Source of the DNA: a virus
Lineage: Duplodnaviria > Caudoviricetes
Virus record (IMG/VR): IMGVR_UViG_3300036987_000088
Span: 1 to 30,682 of that record
Direction: 5' to 3' (one strand)
Length of the DNA: 30,682 bases
In this document: positions 24,691 to 30,682 of the stretch, one piece after another
Position numbering within the stretch: position 1 is the first letter of the stretch
Layout of the letters: each line of letters opens with the position of its first letter
Notes under the pieces: model-generated
The model's database searches: none
The model's input: only the letters and a program-made list of their open reading frames with translations
What the model was told of the DNA's origin: nothing
Program-made: the position numbers and the translations under genes

Positions 24691-27600
24691 GTGGCATCCA
24701 CGACTATCGTTTTTGGTGCGGACATCTCGGGCCTCATTGCCGGCACCGACGTCGCGAAGCGCGAGCTTTCCGCCCTCAATGGCGAGGTCAGGAAGATCTC
24801 GACCGAGTTTTTGGAGTCGGGGAAGGCGTCCAAGGCCCTCGCGGACCAACTGACAACTCTCGCCGGGAAAAAGGCCGCGCTCCAATCGCAAGTTAGCGCG
24901 GGCGCAGCCGCTCTAAAGTCCTACAACAACGACCTAGGAGGCGTGGGAAAGAGCGCGGGTCTCGCGTCATACGAGCTGCAAAATCTCAGCCGGCAGGGGC
25001 AGGATGTGTTCGTCATGCTCTCCGGAGGGCAGGGCGTCATGGCTACGCTTATCACCCAGGGGCCGCAGATCTTCGATGTCCTGTCGTCCTCGTCTCTCGG
25101 GTTCAAGGGTGCGCTATCCTCGCTACTCGGCACGGTAGGTGGATTCGTCACTTCCTTCGGGGGGATCGCGACGCTCGGCGCAACCGCTCTCGGTGGGATC
25201 GGATATGCGTTCTACGGCGCTGCAACGGCGGCAAAAGAGACGGAACTGGCGATCGACGGTGTGATTGCGAAGCTGGCGCTCGCCGGACAATCGAGCGGCC
25301 TCGTTTCGATGGCGGCATCCGTCCGCAAGGAAATAGCAGAGCTGACAAAGGACGACCGCAACATCTGGCAGCGGTGGGCGCCCGAATTTGCCGGAGGCAA
25401 GGATAGCCCTGCGCTCGATGGCAAAGATGCCAACGCCCTCGCCGGCACGGTAGGAAACGACGCGGCGCGGGATTGGCTATCCGGTCTTCGGGACTCTCTC
25501 TATAACGCGGGCATCCGTGGTGAGGATCTGACGGCCACTTTGAAGCAAATGGCCCAGGCACTCGCCGAGCCGGGTAAATACATCGAGCAACAGATTCAGG
25601 GGTTCAAGACCCTCTCGGATGTAGAGCGTGCGCACTACGAGTCCATCTCTAAAACAGGCACCGCCACAGAGAAGCTCGTCGCGGCAATGGAGTTGCAGGG
25701 GCGCGCGGCCGAGGAAGCCCTTGCCAAGAACTCGGCGAATAGTGGCATCGGCGAAGAATTCCAACGCCTCGCCGAATCGATCCTCAAAGCATACCAGGCC
25801 ACCGGCGATCTCGACGCGGTTCTTGGATCCTTGGATCGGCAGGACCGCGCCCGCTACGAAAGCAGCGCTGCCCTTCAAAAGATTGTAGGCGATGTCGTCA
25901 AGGAAATCGACCGCGAGCGAGATGCACGCAACAAGGCGATCGATGCCGTCAAAAAAGCAGCTGACATCGAGAAGGAAAAGGCGGATGCCGCGCAACGGCT
26001 CGCCGACAAGCTACAGCCCGAGAAGGCCAAGAGACAGGAACTCGAGAGCCAGATTCAGCAGCTCACGACTGCCCTCGATGCGGAGTCGGCGAAGCATGGC
26101 GACACGAGCGCAGCTGCTCAAAACCTAGCAACCGCGCTAGGCGTCCTGCAAGGCAAATTGCTCGAGCTGACCTCTACTGCGGGGGGCGAAGGCGCGGGCG
26201 GGAAGGCCGGCAACGCCAATGCCGGGGAGCACGGATGGTGGACCGCGGACCGGCAAAAACATGCCTTTGATCGGCTGACACAAGAGGCGGGGCTGTCCGA
26301 GCAGGGCGCCCTCGGCCTCGTGTCTAGATGGAAGAATGTAGAAGCATCTGGAGGCCCTGGATCAACGAACGAGATTGGTGCCTTCGGGATTGCGCAATGG
26401 CTCGGATCGCGGAAGACCGGCATTGCTGGAAATACAGATTTCGACGCGCAACTCAGCCACGCGATCAAAGAACTCGGCACCACCGAGACGAAGGCCGCGG
26501 CGATCCTGCGCAATGCAAAGACACCAGCGGAGGGCGCTATCGGCGCATCCACGTTCGAGCGGGCGGAGGGTTTCAACCCGAGCACCGGCCGTGATAATTT
26601 CACGGCGAAGACTCTCGCCGGAATGGGTGGAATTGCGACCGAACAAAAGGCGATCGACGCCGATCGGGTCAAGGCCGAGGATGCGCGGCACGAAAAGGCG
26701 GTTGCCAATCTGCGCAAGGAACTGGCCGAGTCGGATACCGCCGAGAAAAAGCGCGGGGTCCAGGGCAAAATCGACGCCGAGAACAAGGATTACGCGAAGG
26801 CCAAGGGCGATCCGAACGCCGACACCAACTATCAAACCTCACGTGTCACGGCGGAAAGGCAGGCCAACGCTCAAATTCTCCAGGATCGGCTTCGGACCTT
26901 GCAGCAGACCTACCAGGTGCAGCGCAACTCCCTGCAAAACGAGCAGCAGGTGGCCGTTGCGAGGGCACAGGCCGAGGGGCAAACGCAACAACAAATAGCC
27001 CAGGTCAAAGCGGCCCACCTTAGCCGTATGCAACAGCTCGAGCAGGGTTACTATTTGCAGAAGGGAACGTTGCTCGCCGGGGATAAGCAAGGCTTCGAGT
27101 CTAACGAATCGCAAAAGACGATCGCGCTACAGAATGCCATTGCTCAGCGGAAGCAGCTCGAAATCCAGAGCAATGCCACCTCGAAGAACGGCTTTCAACA
27201 GATGGCCGACGGGATGGCATCGTCACTCGGGGGCGCTATCACTGGCATGATCATGGGCACGACGAAGTTCCGAGATGCCATGCGCAACATCGCCTCCCAG
27301 GTTCTCAACATGTTCATCACGAACGGGCTAAAAATGCTGATGAACCAGCTTTTTGTAAATCAGGCTGGCGTTGCACAAACCCTGGCCGGCGAGGCGCAGA
27401 AAACCGCTGTCGTGACGGCCGGGGAGACCACGCGCACCGGCGTGGTCACGGCCGGGGCGGCGGCACGGGCGACGGCAGAGCAAACCGCCGGCTCTACAGG
27501 ACTGATCGGGATCCTCGGAAATATCCTCAAAGCGATCGCTGGATCCGTCGGCCAGGTCTTTGCGGGTGTGTCCGCGTTTCTCGCACCCCTTCTCGGTCCG

Positions 27601-28122
27601 GCAGCTCCTGGCGTCGCGGCCGGCGTCGCGGGGGCGGTCCAGGGCACCGCCGTCGGACTGGCGGGCTTTGCCTCTGGCTCATTTGGGCTCGGCGGCGACG
27701 GACCGATTTACGCACATGCCGGGGAGTTCATCGTGCCGCAAAAGGACTCGGCGAAGTTCAGGGCGATCCTCGGCGGGATGGGGATCTCGGGGCTCGGCGG
27801 ATTCTCGGACTGGATCTCGAAAACTCCGGCCTATGCGGCGGGGGCGTGGGAGCTGAATACGAATCACCTCGCACAGGTTCACGCTGGCGAGATGATCGTC
27901 CCCTCTGGCCCCGCCAAGGCTTGGCGCTCCGACCTAGAGGGTGGAGCGAGCGGCGCGGGGAAGGGGGTCACTGTCAACCATTCCACCAATCTGAACATCT
28001 CTGCGATCGACGGGGCAAGTGTCAAAAATTGGTTTAAGAATAACGAAAAACTACTGTTGCAAACCGTAAATGCCGGGGTTCGGAAAGGGGCGCATCTCGG
28101 CATGAACCGGTTCGGCCAGTAA
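24691..28122 (+). CDS. tail tape measure protein with an internal phage tail-lysozyme domain
   Basis: QNLSRQGQDVFVMLSGGQ..LITQGPQI TMP motif; helical Ala-rich body; lysozyme segment E...GAFGIAQW...FER. Confidence 0.92.
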   Translation: MASTTIVFGADISGLIAGTDVAKRELSALNGEVRKISTEFLESGKASKALADQLTTLAGKKAALQSQVSAGAAALKSYNNDLGGVGKSAGLASYELQNLSRQGQDVFVMLSGGQGVMATLITQGPQIFDVLSSSSLGFKGALSSLLGTVGGFVTSFGGIATLGATALGGIGYAFYGAATAAKETELAIDGVIAKLALAGQSSGLVSMAASVRKEIAELTKDDRNIWQRWAPEFAGGKDSPALDGKDANALAGTVGNDAARDWLSGLRDSLYNAGIRGEDLTATLKQMAQALAEPGKYIEQQIQGFKTLSDVERAHYESISKTGTATEKLVAAMELQGRAAEEALAKNSANSGIGEEFQRLAESILKAYQATGDLDAVLGSLDRQDRARYESSAALQKIVGDVVKEIDRERDARNKAIDAVKKAADIEKEKADAAQRLADKLQPEKAKRQELESQIQQLTTALDAESAKHGDTSAAAQNLATALGVLQGKLLELTSTAGGEGAGGKAGNANAGEHGWWTADRQKHAFDRLTQEAGLSEQGALGLVSRWKNVEASGGPGSTNEIGAFGIAQWLGSRKTGIAGNTDFDAQLSHAIKELGTTETKAAAILRNAKTPAEGAIGASTFERAEGFNPSTGRDNFTAKTLAGMGGIATEQKAIDADRVKAEDARHEKAVANLRKELAESDTAEKKRGVQGKIDAENKDYAKAKGDPNADTNYQTSRVTAERQANAQILQDRLRTLQQTYQVQRNSLQNEQQVAVARAQAEGQTQQQIAQVKAAHLSRMQQLEQGYYLQKGTLLAGDKQGFESNESQKTIALQNAIAQRKQLEIQSNATSKNGFQQMADGMASSLGGAITGMIMGTTKFRDAMRNIASQVLNMFITNGLKMLMNQLFVNQAGVAQTLAGEAQKTAVVTAGETTRTGVVTAGAAARATAEQTAGSTGLIGILGNILKAIAGSVGQVFAGVSAFLAPLLGPAAPGVAAGVAGAVQGTAVGLAGFASGSFGLGGDGPIYAHAGEFIVPQKDSAKFRAILGGMGISGLGGFSDWISKTPAYAAGAWELNTNHLAQVHAGEMIVPSGPAKAWRSDLEGGASGAGKGVTVNHSTNLNISAIDGASVKNWFKNNEKLLLQTVNAGVRKGAHLGMNRFGQ

Positions 28123-28208
28123 TTGGAATGTGCCTGCTAGGATCGCATACGTAACAGACGCGGCGAGTAAGTGTACTCTGACGCTTCCCTTCACCAACGG
28201 CGAAAAAC

Positions 28209-29090
28209 TTGGCAATCTTACCCCTCTTCCCGGTCCTTCCAGGGCAAGGATGGAGCGTCACGAAGACGCCCGTTTTTTCCACTCGGGTCACTGAACATGT
28301 CTCTGGTCGTGAGGTCAGAGCCTCGTTTTACACTAACGCGATCTATGAATTTGAGTTGCGGTTCGAGGCCCTTGATTCTTCCGGGGATTTCTCTGGCCTG
28401 CAAAAATACTCTCTCCAGAGCCTAATGGGCCTGTATCTGAAGTGTAAAGGTCGCTATGGGACCTTCGTATATGTCGATCCTAGCGATAACTTGGTTTACA
28501 ATGAGCCTATAGGCACGGGCACTGGTTCAGCAACCAGCTTTACGTTTCAGCGTTTTCTCGGGCTCGAGCCGGAAATCGTCTCTTACGTGAATCACGTCTT
28601 TGCCGTCTACGTAAATGGGATTTTGCAGGGGGGTGGATATACGCTTACGTCCCCTAACACCTTGGTTTTCCTATCGCCGCCCGCGTCTGGGGTACGCATC
28701 TCGGCGGACTTCACCTTCGGGTACGAATGCAGGTTTCTAGACGACCGGGCCGACTTTGAAAACTTCATGAACGGCCTCTGGAAGGCTGAAAGCTTGAAGT
28801 TTAGAAGCATCAAAGTATCCGGTGTGCCGGTGTATTTCACGCAGCCTAGCGTCTATTCCGTGCCGACATCTAAGGTCCGCCGACAGTTGGAGTCAATTTC
28901 TTATTTGCAGTACATTAACGACTATTTCATGAACAATTACCCTCCACTGACGCCTGAGTCCATCGAGTGGAATCGCGGTCCCGTCGTCGCCGACCAGGGG
29001 TTGGTTTGGAACGTCATTAAAACTGCGTTGGCATACCCCGACTCGTCTATGCACGACCTGATGGCCGCGGCTGACCAACAGCAACCATAA
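28209..29090 (+). CDS. DUF2460 (GTA g12/distal-tail-like) protein with a C-terminal extension
   Basis: GWSVTKTPVFST...SGREVR, GTGTGSATSFTF, ADFTFGYECRFLDD. Confidence 0.85.
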   Translation: MAILPLFPVLPGQGWSVTKTPVFSTRVTEHVSGREVRASFYTNAIYEFELRFEALDSSGDFSGLQKYSLQSLMGLYLKCKGRYGTFVYVDPSDNLVYNEPIGTGTGSATSFTFQRFLGLEPEIVSYVNHVFAVYVNGILQGGGYTLTSPNTLVFLSPPASGVRISADFTFGYECRFLDDRADFENFMNGLWKAESLKFRSIKVSGVPVYFTQPSVYSVPTSKVRRQLESISYLQYINDYFMNNYPPLTPESIEWNRGPVVADQGLVWNVIKTALAYPDSSMHDLMAAADQQQP

Positions 29091-29115
29091 CATCTGTACG
29101 TTCGGGAGCGATAAA

Positions 29116-29391
29116 GTGGCGGGCATACCTATCTATTTTACGCAGCCTGGGGTGTTCGCCGTACCGACTTCGAAAGTCATGCGCCAGCTCCATGGTATCT
29201 CTAAGCTACAAGACGTAAACGACTACTTCATGAATAACTACGGCATCACGACGCCTCAGTCCATCGAGTGGAATCACGGTCCGGTCGTTGCCGACAACGG
29301 AGTTGCTTGGAACGTCATAAAGACGGCTTTGGGATACAGCAGCCAGCAAATGTACGCACTAATGACAGCCGCTAATGAGTTGTCGGCCTAG
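29116..29391 (+). CDS. stand-alone paralogue of the DUF2460 C-terminal extension
   Basis: Near-collinear match to the last ~90 aa of 28209..29090; GGGAG RBS. Confidence 0.75.
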   Translation: MAGIPIYFTQPGVFAVPTSKVMRQLHGISKLQDVNDYFMNNYGITTPQSIEWNHGPVVADNGVAWNVIKTALGYSSQQMYALMTAANELSA

Positions 29392-29419
29392 CACTCGAGC
29401 AAAACGGATCAATCCAGCT

Positions 29420-30682
29420 ATGCGCCTTCGATATGCACTTACGGCTTTCCCCGCTTTCTTTTTAGCGGCTTCTCCGGCTGTGGCGCAATCCACTGCCCAG
29501 TTCCAACTCAGCGACGCGTCGCCCCCGCTCCTTCAAGTCAGGGACCGCAACGGTGGGTGGGCTGATATGGGAACAGTCAACTCGGACCATACTTTTTCCG
29601 GCATAGTTGAGGAACTCGCGGTGGGGCGAGTCACGGCTCAGAATGGGCCAACTTCGATCGTCGATCTGTATACGGGCGGCGTAGGGGGCGTGCCGACGAC
29701 GCCGGTGTCGAACTACGTTGGACTTTCGGGCAACGGTGCCGTGTTTTCGAAGTTCGACATTACCGGTGCCGTTGCCGGCGACCACGACCGCGCGGCGAAT
29801 TATCTGAAGATGACGACGGCGTCTGGCGCGACAGCCGCGAACGGCGAAACAAACCTCGTCATCAACACGGTGTCGAACTCTGGCGCTTCTACCGTATGGG
29901 CGACGAGCACGGCGTATGCTTCGACATCCTACGTGCGCAAGAGCGACAGCGAAAACGTTTACCATCAGACCGTGACGAGTTGCACGAGTGCGGCAGCCGG
30001 TGTAGGCCCTACCGGGACAGGATCGAACATTGTCGATAATGACTGCCGGTGGGATTGGGTAAACAATAACGATCTGAACTACACGGCCGGCATCTATAAC
30101 GGTACGATGGTTTACCCAGGAGCCAGGACTACTTGGGGTCTCGTCAATAACTACTTGCGCATGGCGGGGGCGAGTAAGCAGTTCTCACCTGGCAGCGAGT
30201 TCGACTATCGCGGCGATAATACGGATTGCGTGATCGGTATTCACAACTGCTATAATATCTTCATGGGCATGAGCGGCGGTCCTGGCACGGCCTGGATTGG
30301 CATGTCAGGCCAGCCAGCTTCGGCCCCCTACTCTGCCCACTTCGGTATCTTGGCTACGGGGGCCCACCTCGCAGACGGGGCTGTGTTTAATGAGGACACA
30401 TCAGCGGCTATCGGATATGAAACTGGAGCGCTCGGGTTCGCAGTCCACAGCTTTGCGGGGTTCCGGGACAGGTCAACCGCGCCTAGCGGTTTTTACGCTG
30501 ATGGTACGTATAGCTACTCTGCTATGAACGTGGACGCGGCGAGCACTGTGGTCGGTTACAATTGCCTTGGATCGCCGACATTCTCTTGCATTTCCATCAA
30601 CACGGCGGGGGCAGGACGCGGCATCGTGATAGGCGGGGCGCATTCTGGTTACTCGATCGAGGACGAAAGCAGCGCGGCGCCT
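29420..30682 (+). CDS. signal-peptide-bearing fibre/adhesin-like protein (partial, runs off the right edge; not in the ORF track)
   Basis: 421 open codons from ATG 29420: MRLRYALTAFPAFFLAASPAVA|QST...; CBM-like WATSTAY...VY...GPTGTGSNIVDNDCRWDWV. Confidence 0.8.
   Translation, partial: MRLRYALTAFPAFFLAASPAVAQSTAQFQLSDASPPLLQVRDRNGGWADMGTVNSDHTFSGIVEELAVGRVTAQNGPTSIVDLYTGGVGGVPTTPVSNYVGLSGNGAVFSKFDITGAVAGDHDRAANYLKMTTASGATAANGETNLVINTVSNSGASTVWATSTAYASTSYVRKSDSENVYHQTVTSCTSAAAGVGPTGTGSNIVDNDCRWDWVNNNDLNYTAGIYNGTMVYPGARTTWGLVNNYLRMAGASKQFSPGSEFDYRGDNTDCVIGIHNCYNIFMGMSGGPGTAWIGMSGQPASAPYSAHFGILATGAHLADGAVFNEDTSAAIGYETGALGFAVHSFAGFRDRSTAPSGFYADGTYSYSAMNVDAASTVVGYNCLGSPTFSCISINTAGAGRGIVIGGAHSGYSIEDESSAAP

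Noticed and set aside
29462-30527. ORF-track calls 29462..29965 (-) and 30297..30527 (+)
   Set aside because: Shadows of the long open frame starting at 29420
1-30682. Integrase, att site, lysis genes, tRNA, canonical cas genes, alphaproteobacterial LexA box (GTTC-N7-GTTC)
   Set aside because: None recognised by eye; they may lie outside the window, and a motif scan was not possible

Overview
The window is a contiguous part of a temperate, lambdoid/HK97-like siphophage or prophage. An alphaproteobacterial (Rhizobiales-like) host is inferred from gene content and high GC. Left to right: (i) a leftward early arm (partial DUF6948-like gene, Gly-Tyr/Ser/Asp repeat protein); (ii) a cI/cro switch with mirror-image promoters and operators; (iii) a rightward early operon (GapR-like protein, VRR-NUC, AntA/KilAC antirepressor, replication initiator with internal iterons, helicase-loader-like gene, Q-like late regulator); (iv) two leftward accessory operons; (v) HNH, an inserted leftward cassette, probable cos, terS/terL, portal, ClpP-type protease, HK97 capsid, neck, tail tube, chaperones, tape measure with a lysozyme domain, DUF2460, and a signal-peptide fibre-like gene that runs off the end. 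The standout is the cassette at about 12161-13507. It encodes a stand-alone Cas7/RAMP-like protein, a winged-helix-like partner and a CopG-type RHH protein. Each of the two larger genes is preceded by a phased array of 5-nt CGC-NN units (constant trimer plus variable dinucleotide). This is a candidate non-CRISPR, RNA-guided phage system. All family assignments come from motif recognition by eye; no searches were run.
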